DNA of 64,000 nt, taken from positions 29,450,001-29,514,000 of the forward strand of contig OY740800.1 of the NCBI GenBank assembly GCA_963514005.1. Reading direction: 5' to 3'. Positions 23,727-36,910 of this stretch are shown here, piece after piece (the stretch's first letter is position 1; every line of letters starts with the position of its first letter). The notes under the pieces were generated by a model. The model was not told where the DNA came from, did not search any database, and saw only the letters and a program-made list of their open reading frames with translations. This stretch comes from Raja brachyura (Eukaryota). The position numbers were made by a program, and so were the translations under genes.

Positions 23727-24175
23727 CTGAAGAAGGGTCTCGACCCGAAACGTCGCCTATCTCCTTCGCTCCTTAGATGCTGCTGCACCCGCTGAGTTTC
23801 TCCAGCTTTTTGTGTAACCCTCAGCGGACTCATGTTGATCACCAGAGATAGACACAAAATGCTGGAATAACCTCATCTACTGCATCCAGTGTTCACAATG
23901 TGGGCTCCTGTACATTGGCGAGACAAATCGCAGACCCGGCGACCGTTTTGCTGAACACTTACGCTCGGAGCGCCAAGGCCTACTGGATCTTCTGGTTACT
24001 GACTCCCACTTTAACTCCCCTTCCCATTCCCAATTATGACCTTTCAGTGCAGGCCCCCCTCCATTGCCACAGAGAGGGCACATGCAAATTGGAAGAACAG
24101 TATCTCTTAGTTATCTTGCCTAGCTTACAACCCAATGGCAAGAATAGTGAATTTCTCAATTTTCGGGAACTTCTA
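23727..24175 (+). mobile_element. Penelope-like fragment: hammerhead core (23727-23754) plus GIY-YIG remnant (about 23869-24160)
   Basis: CTGAAGA-AGGGTCTCGACCC-GAAACGTC; NLIYCIQCSQCGLLYIGETNRRPGDRFAEHL. Confidence 0.85.
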
Positions 24176-24496
24176 CAAAGGCCTACCCCCCCCCCCCCCC
24201 CCCAATAAAAGTTTGTTAACCAGTTCCACAGTACGTAACAATGTATCGCCCATGGGCTCACATCATCTCTAGCCAACAATTGGCCTATCACGGAACCTCC
24301 TTGTCAGAGGTCATCTCTTGCTGGCCCCGATTTGTCATGGTTTATTTTCTTGCTTCCAGTCCTACCTGTGTTGTCACTTTCAGGGAGTTATGGATTCGGG
24401 TCACAAGATCCCACTGTACTTGATCCCATAACTATGCATATGTCAACACATTTCATCAATAACAATGACTTAAGTAGAGTGTTGTGGGACACTTAC

Positions 24497-24604
24497 CTGG
24501 AGATCCAACCTCACCACAAGCCTCTTCCTTTTCTCTCACTAATTGCTCCAGCTCGAGTGTGTATGAGACCAACCGGTTCTCTGCTTCTGCATCAGATGCA
24601 ATAT
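24497..24604 (-). CDS. MICAL3: MICAL3-like exon (DIASDAEAENRLVSYTLELEQLVREKEEACGEVGSP), phase 1-1
   Basis: cttcctgttgacag|AT ATT GCA..TCT CCA G|gtaagt; 108 nt; resembles the MICAL3 D(I/S)PSDA segment. Confidence 0.85.
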
Positions 24605-24697
24605 CTGTCAACAGGAAGATCAAACAGGAGCCTTGAGATCAGTGGGAAGAAAGCAGAGACTAGGATCTGGGTAGAGAATGTAGAGAGTGTACATTAA

Positions 24698-25110
24698 AGG
24701 GGCTGTCCCATTGCGGCGACCTAATTCGCGAGTTTCGAACAGTTTGTCCTCGACTCATACTCGCAGCATGGTCGACATTAGGTCCTAGGGGGTCTTTGTA
24801 ACTCTCCTTCATGCTCAAGAGTAGCCCCCGCGTACTCGAGGCTTCAGCTGGGTCGCGGCGTTTTTTCAACACGCCGAAAAATGCCCGCAAGTTAAAAAAG
24901 GTCGCCATGGAAAAAAATCGATATTTATTTCCTCGTAGGTTAGTCGAGGTAGGTAATAGTAGGTTGTAATGCTATCGTAGGTAATCAAAGGCAATCAAAG
25001 CTAATCGAAGGCAGTCGAAGGTAAAGCTCGTTGAAGAAAAAAAAGGTAAGTAAACCGACCGATAATGTTAAATGCCCGCTAAACTTTATGAAATGTTGTC
25101 TGGCTTCTTC
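24698..25110. mobile_element. PIF/Harbinger-like DNA element, left end only
   Basis: TAA followed by TIR AGGGGCTGTCCCA (related to the TIR at 49080); CpG-rich; no matching right TIR seen. Confidence 0.6.
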
Positions 25111-25689
25111 AAAGTGTCTCAACTCCTCTTCATGGTGCCTGATCATGCTGGCTGCATTCCTGGGGCAATGCTATGTAGATGGAATCAGGGGGGTGGGGGT
25201 GAGGTTTGCATGATGGGCTACGTCCAATACTGCACTGGGAGCTTCAGCATGGATTACGTGCCCAAATCTCACAAGCAAACTGCTAACCTCCCACCCCACC
25301 CCACTGGGCCTTGTCTGACACCATGGGTACAGCCTTGTGCTACTTGGTTGGAGGCAAGAATAAGAGACCATGGATAGAAGGTTAAGTATAAGATATTTAG
25401 AAACACCTCACTAAAGAGGGTTGTGAGGCTGCAGCTCAATCCCAGCCCCAGAAAAGAACTGCAGATGCTGGTGAAAGGCTCAAGGTCAATTTATAGATGA
25501 ATAAGGCAAAGGTTATTAAACTGATTAGAACCATTAGTGGCTGAAGGGAAAAGGTCATCTCCAACTAGTTGCCAACAGGCTGAAGCCTGTCCTGTAGCTT
25601 TGATGAAATGGATGCAGCTCACTCCGATGGCTCTTCTCCATGTCCAAGCCCAACCTCGGTGCAATGCTTAATCCTCATGTAGATTAATA

Positions 25690-28195
25690 GTCTTGCTTTG
25701 GAGGGGTCACTGGGACAGTGTGACAATGAGATGATGAATTTCAAAACTATGTTTGAGAGTGATGTAGTTTTAATCTATAATCGGGTTTACAATTCAGAGG
25801 TAATAGATGGTTTGGATATGGTTGAGGCAAATTTGAAAGGGGTGATGGAAGAACAAGCAAATTCACAGCTCTCTGGATGATAGAGAATAACAGAGCGTGA
25901 TGTAGCAAAAGGGGCCGCGTATGACAAGCCCAGGGTTGTAAATATCAGCGAGAATCAGGCTGATTACAAAGGAATGATAGAGGAAGTGAAAATTAAAATG
26001 AGAACAGAGAGTGTGTGAGAAAAGATCAGCTGTCAACGTGTAAAGGGGAATCCAGAAGTGTTCATTTGGCATATAAATAGTAAAAAGGGGTAGTACATAT
26101 GCAGTGGTGTATATTAAGGTTAAAAATGGGAATGTTACAAGATACCGACGGGGTGTTAAAGCACTAATTGGGTATTTAGTATTTGTCGTCACATGGAGTG
26201 ACTCCAAAGAAATCGTTTAGGAGAGGATAGGTGAGACACTGGAAATATTTAAGATTTATAGCAAGGAGGTATTAGAAAAGGTGGCTGAATGTACGGTTAA
26301 GCCATCAGGACGAGAGGGGATGTACCCGGGGATTCTGAGGGAAGCAAGGAGGAAGTCACAGAGCAACTGAATGCGATCTTCCAGTGTTCTTTGGCTTGGT
26401 GGTGTTACAGTCCAGAGAGTAGCACATGTCTCCATTGTTCAAAAAGGGGAGAAAGGGCAAGTGCACAACTACAATCCATTGAACTCGTTAGTGAGAAATC
26501 ACAGATCACTGATCTGGAGCAGGTTTCGCAGTCACCCAGTTAAAGTATGAACTGAACTGAAGTAAGTAAGCAGGGATTTGTGAGGTTAAATCACGTTTAA
26601 CCTATTTAGAAGAGCCTTTTGGTGAAGATAATGCAGTTGATAGGGTGTGCAATAAGCTTTTGATGTAGTACCCCAGGTTTATTAGAAAGACTGAGGGACA
26701 TGGTGTATGAAAGGAAGAATATCATTGATACAAAGTTGGCAAAGTAACGGACGGTAGAGGTGAATGGATGTTTTTCAGACCCGAGGATGGTGATAAGACA
26801 CAAGAAAATGCAGATGTTGGAATCTTGAACACAAAGCACAAAGTGCTGGAGTAACTCAGCAGGTCAGGCAACATCTCTGGAGGACATGGAAAGTTCTCAG
26901 ATTTCGGATTTGGGCCCTACCTCTCATTGATTGTAGTGTGTGTATGGGGTTGGTGGGGGGGGGGGGGGGGGGGGTGAGCTCATACCGTTTTGGGTTGCAA
27001 GCTAACCAAACGGAATAGGATGTGCTGTTCCTATAATTTGCGTGTAGCCTCACTCTGGCAGTGGAGGAAGCCGAGGACAAACAGGTCAAGCGGAACGAGA
27101 GCAATGGTAGCCTAATCTATGCATGGTCTCGCTGAGGCCACATCAGCAACACTAAAGAGAAGGTGCATGTGAACCTCTATCTCACCTGGAAGACTTGCGG
27201 GGGTCCCTTAAAAGATGTGAGGGAGGGGGTGCAGAGACAGGTGTTACACTCCTGTGAGTGCAGGAGAAGTACCTGTGGGGATGAATAGTGGTTTTCCCCT
27301 GCGACCATCGTCAGGACCATCAAGTTCTTTGATCTAAGTCAATTATTTGGTGCAAGCCACAATTTTTAAATTTGGAGGTAATATAAAACTTGCCAGCTGA
27401 AGTTATGACCTGCGAAAGGGATAGTGATAAATTGCAGCAGGATGTACAGAGATATGGAATGGCTAAGGCGTGGAGGATAATGTTTAATGCAGAAAAATGT
27501 GAGGTGATGTGCTTTGTTTGGGAAAGATGAGCGGAGGCAATATTGTTCTAAAAGGGATGGGGGAGCCAAGGGACCATTGAAAGTGACAGGACAAGTTGGG
27601 AAAGTGGTTAATAAGGAAAACAAGATCGAGGTGTAGAGGACCTGTATGAAATAAAAGGGGGTAAAATTAAGAGTGACACAAAGCAGAAATGTCCTGCAAT
27701 ATTTGGTTAGGATTTGGACTATACTGCCTGCAGATGTGGAAATGGGAACTTTCATCGTGGTCTTCAAGAGAGAATTAAAAATAAAGATACAGTGGAGAAA
27801 AAGAGAAAGGAGCAATGGGTCAAAATGGAATATCGCTTTTAGATTCAAACTAACAATAACAAGATTTAAGGGACATTTGGATAGATACATGGATAGGAAA
27901 GGTTCAGCGGATATGGGTCAAACACTCGCAAATGGATAAGTGTAGTTGGGCTTCTTGGTTAGAATGGATGAATTGGGCGTAAGGGCTGTTTCCATGCTGT
28001 TGATATTGAATTGCAGGCTAACGGGAAGACACATGCTTTTCCCAATGATGGAGATGTGTGGTGCACGTTTTTTTTTACCCAGAGAGTATTGGGGGTCTGG
28101 AACGCATTGTCAGAAGTGGTGGTTGAGGTAGATACAATAGTGGTGTTTATAGAGACTATTAGATTGGCTGTTAGATGCTTTGAGAGCTCCAGACT
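25690..28195 (+). mobile_element. Old CR1 fragments, with a minus-strand Penelope insertion (about 26795-27290) and a younger CR1 3' piece (about 27855-28000)
   Basis: Degenerate ORF2 motifs (FFTQRVLGVWNALSEVVVE); reverse-complement GIY-YIG remnant. Confidence 0.7.
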
Positions 28196-28220
28196 CTGTA
28201 CCAAGTGAGATTCAGCATAC

Positions 28221-28289
28221 CATCCTCCAATGATGAACTGCCCTCCTCCTCTTCCTCATCTGGGCTCAACTCCTCCTTCATCTGCTTTT
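28221..28289 (-). CDS. MICAL3: MICAL3-like acidic exon (EKQMKEELSPDEEEEEGSSSLED), phase 1-1
   Basis: ttctccattgcattccag|AA AAG CAG ATG..GAG GAT G|gtatgc; 69 nt, acidic like the flanking exons. Confidence 0.75.
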
Positions 28290-28875
28290 CTGGAATGCAA
28301 TGGAGAAAGTGAAATAATTAAAGAACCATAAAGTCCCAGAACAGCCTCAAGGAATAGCTCAGATTTCTAATGGGATGCATTTATCAGCTAAAAATCACTT
28401 GTTTATTTTTAAAATTTTGAAGTCACCATTAACTCCAAGGGCATGTCATCAAATAAAAATCACCACAGAGCCACAGAAACATTACACAAACAAACAAGAT
28501 GGGAGGTCGGTTTGAAGCAACGTCCTGAAGACAAGAGGTGGAGAGATTGAGGAGATGAGTTTCTGAGCATCGGAGCCAGGTAGTTGAAGCACAGCATTCA
28601 GAGGCGGAGTGATTAAAATGGCGAGAGTGCAAAAGGCAGGAATTGAGCAACGCAGCTTCCTTAGAGTTACAGGGCCAAGGAGGATGTGCAGATACTGCAG
28701 GATGAGGCCAAGTTGAAAACAAGAATGAGATATTTTAAATATCAAGAAAGAACGTGGAGGCATCTTGCAGCTTCTGTAATCAGATGTTGTGATATTGGTT
28801 CTTCATCCAAGATTTATAATTCCATTTCCAACTCATTCTTTACAAATCTGACCATCACATATTTCCCTGTAATAT

Positions 28876-29188
28876 AGGCCATTCAGCCCATCAACTCTAT
28901 GCTAGAAGCCTATTGATCTAATTCTCACACTTACTACCCCTGTAAAGAATTCTCTCTTCCGTCCCCAACAACCTTCCCCGATTCCCTACCGACGAGAGGT
29001 AATTGAAGCAACCAATAAACTGACTGATCCGCAAGTCTTTGTAACGTGGGAGAAAACCGGAGCACCCGGAGGCAATCCACATGGCCAGATGGAGGACGTG
29101 TAAACAGTCAGGACCTGAGGTCAGGATTGAACCCAGGTCGCTGGAGCTGTGAGGCAGCAGCTCTACCAGCTGCACCACTGTGCCACCC
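28876..29188 (-). mobile_element. Older tRNA-derived SINE
   Basis: Minus head GGGTGGCACAGTGGTGCAGCTGGTAGAG..GGTTCAATCC. Confidence 0.8.
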
Positions 29189-29708
29189 ACCCAGTCAGGA
29201 CCTATTCTAACCATCAGCCCCCCGACCCGTCTCCCATTCAATTCCCATTCCTGCAATATTTAGCACCAATCCCACTAATTCCACTCTCATCCCTTTAATT
29301 TTACTCAGATCGAGGAATCAACATGCGATGTAGCATTATCTATCCCTGTATGCTTTCTGCCTTTAATTTGTAACAGCTCTTCCTTGTGACTCACCAGGAC
29401 TGATACACCCTTCCCGAGGCCAACGTATTTACACCTGCCCTCCTCTCCACAGGGATAGCTGACACTTTCTGCACTGTTACCCCCTGGGCCCACAGGCTTT
29501 ACCCCGCCCTCCCCACCCCAAGCCTACACTCTCTGCCCCAACTTCCCATCCCCTCCCCTCCCTGGGCCTACACTCCCCTCCCCGGGCCACAACCCCTCAT
29601 CCCTGTGCCATCAGCGTTGTTCACTCTGACACTGATGTCCCAAAAAGAGAAGAAGAGCAGAAGCAAAGCAGCGTAATGGCCAGGCTGTCTTTAACAAAAC
29701 AAAACTAC

Positions 29709-29771
29709 CTCCAGACAGGGTGTCCAACCATGCTCGAACTGCTTCATTCCGAAATGGGGGAACATCAGAGG
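29709..29771 (-). CDS. MICAL3: MICAL3-like 63-nt exon (ASDVPPFRNEAVRAWLDTLSG), phase 1-1
   Basis: ttttcattttttt(t)cccccaatatag|CC TCT GAT..TCT GGA G|gtagtt; NEAV.AWL motif recalled from long MICAL3 isoforms. Confidence 0.8.
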
Positions 29772-29904
29772 CTATATTGGGGGAAAAAAATGAAAACTAG
29801 TGAACAGACGCATTGGAAGCTATCTCAGCTGATGCGAGGAAAGGATTTTCACCTCTCAAACATGCGCAATCTATACTAAACATATCTAAACCAATGTAGG
29901 GCCA

Positions 29905-30315
29905 GTGGGCGACAGGAACACAATGCCAGAAACCAGCAGCAAATAACCCAATGGCAATAGTGAACAGGCGCGCAAGTGCCTACAGCAGCACCGACTGTGA
30001 ACTGGTGCACACTGCCATACATTAGCACCAAATTACAGGCACGCAACACCTGAAACTAGTGCCAAATGGGAGCAGGCGTCAATACCAGAACACAGCAGCT
30101 GCAGTGCACAGGTGCACAATGCTAGAAACAAGCTCCAGGCAACAGGCAGAAAGTGCCACGACTAGCATCAACAGGGACAGGCGTACAATACTAGAACAAC
30201 ACCAACAAGGATCAAGCGCAGAATGCAGAAACTAGCATCAGAGAACAGGCGCACAATGCCAGAACCAGCAGCAGCTGTGTAAAGATGCATAATCAGCAGC
30301 GACAGTGAACAGGCC
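29905..30315. repeat. Degenerate minisatellite (AACAGGCGCACAATGCCAGAAAC-like, about 30-35 bp)
   Basis: Roughly a dozen recurrent ACAGGCG..AAT.C.AGAA units. Confidence 0.7.
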
Positions 30316-30540
30316 AGCCATACCCAATTCTATTGAACACATTCACACTCCCGATATCTTTAGTTAACTCACAGGGTTTGCCAATATCTAATGTTATTCA
30401 ACACTCGCTTCTCATTAACGACTTCAATGTATTAAACAGGTGTGTGAGCTTCATTTATGAGGGGACATGGTCTGGGTGACTAATGTCATTGGTTCGGGTA
30501 GACACAACATGCTAGAGTAACTCAGCAGGTCAGGCAGCAT

Positions 30541-30836
30541 TTAATTGGTTTCGAGATACAGCACAGAAACAGGCCTTTCGGCCCACCGTCTCTGCACCGA
30601 CTAGCGATTCCCGCACATTAACACTATCCTACACATACTAGGGACAATTTACATTTATACCAAGCCAATTAACCTACAAACCTGTACGTCTTTGGAGTGT
30701 GGGAGCAAACCGAAGAACTCAACCCGTCACAGGAGGAACGTCCAAACTCCGTACGGACAGCACCTGTAGTCGGGATCAAACCTGGGTCTGGCGCTGTGAG
30801 CACTGTAAAGCAGCAAGTCTACCGCTGCGCCACTGT
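30541..30836 (-). mobile_element. tRNA-derived SINE inserted into a Penelope-derived short element
   Basis: Reverse-complement SINE; TSD GCAGCAT at 30534-30540 and 30837-30843; host element halves at about 30500-30540 and 30843-30892. Confidence 0.85.
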
Positions 30837-30914
30837 GCAGCATCTCTGGAGGAAATGGATGTGATGATTCGGATTGGGATCGTTCTTCAGATTGGCAGTA
30901 GGTGGCGGGAGTTA

Positions 30915-31175
30915 TAGAGTCATATTGCACGGAAATAGGGTCTTTGGCCCACTGAGTTCACATTAACCATCAATTACCCATCTACTCTAACCGTAAGATA
31001 ATCGTACTTCATTCTCTCCAGATTCCCACCAATTCTCCCCTAATCTACACACTAGGTGTGTACCCATGCAATCGCGGGGAACGTGCAAATTCCACAGTCA
31101 GCATCTGAGATCAGGACTGAACCCAGATCTCTGGCACTTTGATGTAGCAGCTTACTAGTTGTGATAATGTGCCAT
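30915..31175 (-). mobile_element. Older degenerate SINE copy
   Basis: Reverse-complement head and V-domain remnants. Confidence 0.6.
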
Positions 31176-33189
31176 GCCTCGAATATCAGAGGTAATCTGC
31201 CTGAACAAGAAGAACTGGCCCACTAGCTCGTTACACCTGATGTAGTCAATGTCAGAACAACGCCTTCTAGCTGGCGGTGAACTCCTTGTCTCTGGGTTAT
31301 GTCCCATCCACACTGTGGACCTAACAGAGGTGGTGTCATTTGGCAAACAGTGAGGAATGAGTGGTCAGGGACACTTCAAAATTAACTCAGAGTCCATTTC
31401 AGATTAAATCCAAACATAGAAACCTCCTACTGATTATCACCTGCCATATATCCTCAGCAAATGAATCAGTGAGGGGGAAATTAGGGACATGCAGGAATGT
31501 CACTGAGCAAAGGTGGACATATAAAATCCCAACCCAGCAAAGGTACGCACCAATCTAACTGCATGCTAACTCGTGAAACCAAAAAGAACTAACCCACAAA
31601 CAGATCAGATCAACTCTCGACAGGGTGTGAGACCCTTAGCTGTGGAGACAAAGCCTTGTGTTCCAGTGGCATCACAACATGAGGCCTATTCGACTCTGTG
31701 GAGAATTGCCCAGGTATGTCCAACCACAGAGGGCAGGATCATTCCAATCAGTCTACTCCCGATCATCTACTCTCTGCTCTTGATTAGTCAGGGTGTCCAC
31801 GATAATGGGGGAAGGTAGATCTGCAATGATTGAATGCCAGAGTAGACTTGATGGGCTGAATGGCCTAATTCTGCTCCTATGAACGTATCAACAAGGTGTA
31901 GTTGATGGTACCATCAAGCTATCAACGACCTGTTCATTACTGCCTGGCTTGGTTTTGCCAGGCCCAAGTAATAGCCAACCTTTCTACAGTCCAGGCTCAA
32001 ACTCAGACTAAAAGACCCAAGTCCAAAGGTAAGGCGAGTGTGATTCTCTGGCCATCAATGGAGCAGTGGACCAAATATGGCATCAAGGAGCACTGATCAA
32101 AAGCAGAAATCAATGCAAACCCTTCCATGGGATGGAGTTACTGTATATCATCCACTAGTTTCATAAGGGCCCATCATTTGAGTGGCAGACAAAAATACAG
32201 GCATTCAGTTACTTTTCTTCCGTTACATGGCGTGTTTGCTGATGAATGAACAATGTTCTATTTGAAACTCCACAACAAATGAGGCAGCACACACCTGTGT
32301 GCAGCAAGTCCTAGACAACATTCAGGCATGGGTTGGTAAGCATCAAATAGCATTTGTATCACAACTTTCTAAGCAAAGTTCACTTTCCAGAAACCCACTG
32401 TTGATATTCAACTGGGAGTCACCAAGACCAGAACCGCAGCTGGGACAGCCACATAAATACCGTGTTTGCAAGGGAAGGTCAGAGGCTGGGAATCCTGTGG
32501 CAGAGACTCACCCTTGGCATCACAAACCTTTCCACTATCTGCACGGCACAGCTCAGGAGCACGGTGAATGCTATCTGCATGCTTTGGTGATTACAGCTCC
32601 AGCAATTCTCAACCCTGCAGGGCAACGTAGCCCATTTACACACTCGTCCTTCATTACGTCCAGCTTCAATGCATGGTGACTGCACTGTCCACCAAATGTA
32701 CTGCACATTTCACAGATTATTGGACGCTACTCCTGTCAATATCCAAATGACCACTTTTATTTCACTTTGGTGTTACGGGTCATGGTAGATGATAACTGTC
32801 CAGTAGCCTGGTGTGTTTAAACCGGACAAGAAGCAGTAGCTGGTGAGAGTCCGCTTGTCAGTACAAGTTTCACCGACACTCTGGAGACCATCTCCGCTCA
32901 CACGACTGGTGTGCACTCCAGACCCCGAGCTTACACGCTGGACTAACGTACGAGCCAGATGCCCAACCATTGGGAATTCTGAACGAACAAAATACCGGAT
33001 TATCAGAGTTCTACTGTGCAACGGGAATAGAGATGCATCGCAGCAAAGTTTGTTTGATTCCAGGAGAATATCCTGCCCAATACTTCCTCCTGGGTCCGTG
33101 GGCCTCTGATATGATCCCCAGTGATCCGTCTCCTCTTACACACATCCACCAACTCATTGGAAGGCCCCAGCCTGGGTAGGTGGGGAGTA

Positions 33190-33278
33190 AGACACAAAAA
33201 GCTGGAGTAACTCAGAGGGTCAGACAGCACCTCTGGAGAAAAGGAACACGTGACGTTTTGGGTCGAGACCCTTCTTCG
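33190..33278 (-). mobile_element. Penelope-derived short element with mutated hammerhead core
   Basis: Minus strand TCGAAGAAGGGTCTCGACCCAAAACGTC. Confidence 0.7.
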
Positions 33279-33714
33279 AAAACTGTTAAGATAAGTGAAG
33301 GGCTTTGAAGTTTAATAACAAACTGCAAACGATAGTAAAAGATGTTCTGCTTGTCAGTTTATTCATGCGAGGATGAGGTCCTAATGGGAAGCACAGGCAA
33401 TTCAAAGCTGAAACAGGGAAAAATACTTTAATAAAATGCACATAAGGTAGAGGTGTGAAAAAGGCTCCAGGCAGGAACTAGACGGTCTCCTCGAGAAGAC
33501 AAGCAACAGGCAAAGGAGGCTCGGAAAAGTGAGCTCCATTTATAATCTGGGAATATAGTTATTAGTTGGTGCAGGAAGATTGTACACTCACCATTCAGCA
33601 CCTCCCACACACTGTCTGGGCATGTGACACTCCCACACACGGTCCCAGTGCATGTCACCCTCCCACATGCAGTCTCAATGCGCGACTCCCTCGCACACAT
33701 GGCCCATGCGTGAC

Positions 33715-34072
33715 CCCATCCCACATGCGGTCCCAGTATGTGATCTCCATCCACATGCGGTCCCTGTATGTGATCTCCATCCCACATGCGGTCCCAGTAT
33801 GTAATCTCCATCCCACATGCGGTCCCAGTATGTAATCTCCATCCCACATGCGGTCCCAGTATGTGATCTCATTCCACATGCGGTCCCAGTATGTGATCTC
33901 CATCCACATGCGGTCCCTGTATGTAATCTCCATCCCACATGCGGTCCCAGTATGTGATCTCATTCCACATGCAGTCCCAGTATGTGATCTCATTCCACAT
34001 GCGGTCCCAGTATGTGATCTCCATCCACATGCGGTCCCAGTATGTGATCTCCATCCCACATGCGGTCCCAGT
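33715..34072. repeat. Minisatellite, 30-31-bp unit CCATCCCACATGCGGTCCCAGTATGTGATCT, 12 copies with degenerate flanks
   Basis: Counted directly. Confidence 0.95.
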
Positions 34073-34288
34073 GCAACCCCCCTCCCACATGCAGCTCCAG
34101 TGTGTGTCACCCTCAGCATGCAACACTCTCCCACACATGATCCCTGTGCGTGTCACCCTCTCACGCATGGTCAGCCTGTACTCCACTGTCTGCAGCACCA
34201 CGGTGCCCACTGCCCCGGCACTGTCTTGCACCTTGGTGTCATCTCTCCTACAATGCGGCCCCGTGTGGATTCTGACACTGCTCCGTAC

Positions 34289-34414
34289 CTTCTGGGTCTG
34301 GGGCTGCTGGAAGGATTGCCCCTTCCTGGCCCGTGATGTGTGTCCAGTGCACGTCCGCCTTGATTTCCAGCGGGTCAATGGGGCTGACGAGCTGACGCAC
34401 CCTCAGGCTCGAAG
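34289..34414 (-). CDS. MICAL3: MICAL3-like exon (ASSLRVRQLVSPIDPLEIKADVHWTHITGQEGAILPAAPDPE), phase 1-1
   Basis: gagcag|CT TCG AGC..CCA GAA G|gtacgg; MICAL3 DPLEI.ADVHWTHI motif. Confidence 0.9.
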
Positions 34415-35379
34415 CTGCTCCGTAGGTGCGGGGCCAGTGAAGCGACAGGAATGGGAGCGGAAAGGAGGGTGGAGAAAGAGAGATCACAGAAAAGTGAGGC
34501 AGACCATGGAACGTAGAGAGCAGATGCAAAGAGCGGAGAAATGCATGCAATGAGCAGCACAGTGCAGCAGAGTTGTTGGAGAGGCACGCTCCCTCTCCAG
34601 CTCATAGTCACCACACCAGGCCGGTCAGTCTATGCTGACCCCTGGCAAAGCAATCCCATACTTTTCTTTCAGCCCTGAGTCTGAGTCTCTCTCTCCCCCC
34701 CTCCCCCCCACCCCACGCAATTCCCCTTCGACAGCACCGTCTGACCCTGTTCCCACAACCCCGCAGTGGGGCGAGTGAGGACCTAAACTCTCTGGGAACT
34801 CTAATTTTTCCTTGTATTTCCCTTTTGCCCGTGGCCACACTGGTCCCAGAACCTCCTGCATCCTGTTTACTCTCCATAGGCCTGAGAGGACAACAGAGGC
34901 AGGGGTGGGCCATTCGCCCCCTCGTATCTCTGCCATTCAAGATCACGGCTGGTTTTCTGTCTGGATATCATTTTCCTGGACTATCCACATGTCCCTCAAT
35001 TCCCTTCATACCAATACATCGATTGACCTCTTTAATGTACCGAGTAACTGACTTGCCTCCAAGAACCCTCAGCTCCTCCAGACCCACTTGGTCCCTGCAA
35101 TGCCTTGTCTCTGGAACCACAAAAATTCCTGCTACTGATCTGAAAATTCCTGCTACTTCTGAAAACATCTAATATTCCAGCCTCTGGTCCCCTTCAGGAA
35201 TTATCTTACCGTGACCCTATACAGCATAACTTAGCACTGAACACACAACGGTCAAATCTGGTCTTGATTCCTTCTCATCCAGTTGCTCACCTGGATTCAT
35301 GAATTCCTGCACTATCAGGCATTCTCCCAGCTCCCATTATTCCCTAATCCAGAAAAGAGTCCACCCAATCCTGTCCGAC

Positions 35380-35720
35380 ACAAAACCCAGTCCTCTCAAT
35401 CCAAAACCATCCTCACCTGTCCCAGCCTAACCCGGTCCTCCCAGTCCAGTCCTCCCAACCTTGTTCTGTTCTCCTAGCCCAGTCCCTTTCTCCCAGCATG
35501 GTCCAACATTCCAGCCCAGTGCTCCCAGCTTTATGTGGTCTTCCCAACCCAGTCTCCCCAGCCCTGTTTCATCCTCCCAGCCCTGGACTCCAACCTTCCT
35601 CCAGTCTTCCTATCCAAGTCCTCCCAGCCCCATTCAGTCCTCCAAGCACCATCTAATCCTCCCAGCCCAGTCCGATCCTCCAGCCTGGCTAGGCCTGACC
35701 ATGACCAGCCCTGCAGCAAA
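35380..35720. repeat. Degenerate C-rich tandem repeat (TCCTCCCAGCCC-like)
   Basis: Read directly. Confidence 0.65.
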
Positions 35721-36910
35721 CACCACAGCGTAGCCTGGCAGTGATGAACTGGGCCAGCCCAGCGTTCCACACCGAGGTTCAGGCTAGTCCTGCACGGCAC
35801 AGACTCACTCCACCCAGCACAGCACCTCACAGCTTTGCATAGCCCAGCTCACTCCCTGCCACACAGTCTGGGACAGAAACATGGGGCTATGTGCAGCAGC
35901 GAAGAATGCCTCTGCTGGACACTGTGTAAAGCAAGTTAGTGCACACACGCAGATAGAGGCCACAAGCCATGCAGAGACCTCGAGGGCGGTGAGAAACACT
36001 CACCATCAACACTCGGACAAGTGCAGCACACAGCGGATCAAGCTGCGGAGCTGGAGGCACTCAGCACCCACACACTCCAGTGTTAGGCAGCAATGCTCTC
36101 CACTCTAGGAAGGGTTAATGTCATCAGCAAAGGAAGCTGCAGTGTGGCCCAGATGCTGAGGGGCACACAGGGTGTGCTGGAGAGAGTCGGTGACAGGCGG
36201 AACATGGGAACCGTCATTTCCAATCAAGCCCAGTGACTATAGAGTGTGTGTGTGTGTGAGTGTGAGTGTGTCTGGCGCAGAGTCGTGAGCGACTGTGCGT
36301 GCGTGTGAGACAGAGAGAGAGGACAGCCCAGAGTCGTTAATGAGTGTGTGTGGGAGAGGGAGGGGGAAAGAAAAAGAGGAAGAGGATAGCCCAGGGTCAT
36401 GAGTGTGTGTGTGCCAGGGCTTCCCTGGGTGGTGAGTGGGTGCCATCAATATGGGCAAAACACTAAACAATGTCAGTGTGAGGGAAATTCTCCCTCTGAG
36501 CTGAGATAGCAACGCTGTGACAGGTCATGCCCCGTGACGGATTGCTCCCATTGCCAGTCCTGATCCCTAGTGTTGGTAATCACACTGTAATGTCGTAAGT
36601 GGAGCCTTGGAGTGAACAGTCCGTGCAGTCCAGCGTGACAGTTGTGTGTGAATGATAGTATTTGCCGGGCATTCCCCTGCATGCATCCCCATCATAAATA
36701 GAGAGACTGTGTGAAAAGCATCATCTTGACCACACCTTCCTCTCCCAACCCCCGTCTCTTTGAACTGAATTTTTGTTCCGGCTGCCACCAATTGTGAGCT
36801 CCAGCCTCTGCCCGTGCAATCACAAAGCAGCTGGTGCCCACTTTAAAGGGGTGGATTGTATCTGATTAGTGCTGTTGAGCTCTTTACTTGCAGAGAAGCA
36901 AAGCAGATAC

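Noticed and set aside
29615-29675. Pyrimidine tract plus AG suggesting another exon
   Set aside because: Phase-1 readings hit stops or find no donor; it is intron just downstream of exon 29709.
33655-34553. Overlapping ORFs of 159-204 aa and a CRISPR-like periodic array
   Set aside because: Head-to-tail 30-31-bp minisatellite without unique spacers or cas genes; the ORFs are repeat translations, apart from the real exon 34289-34414.
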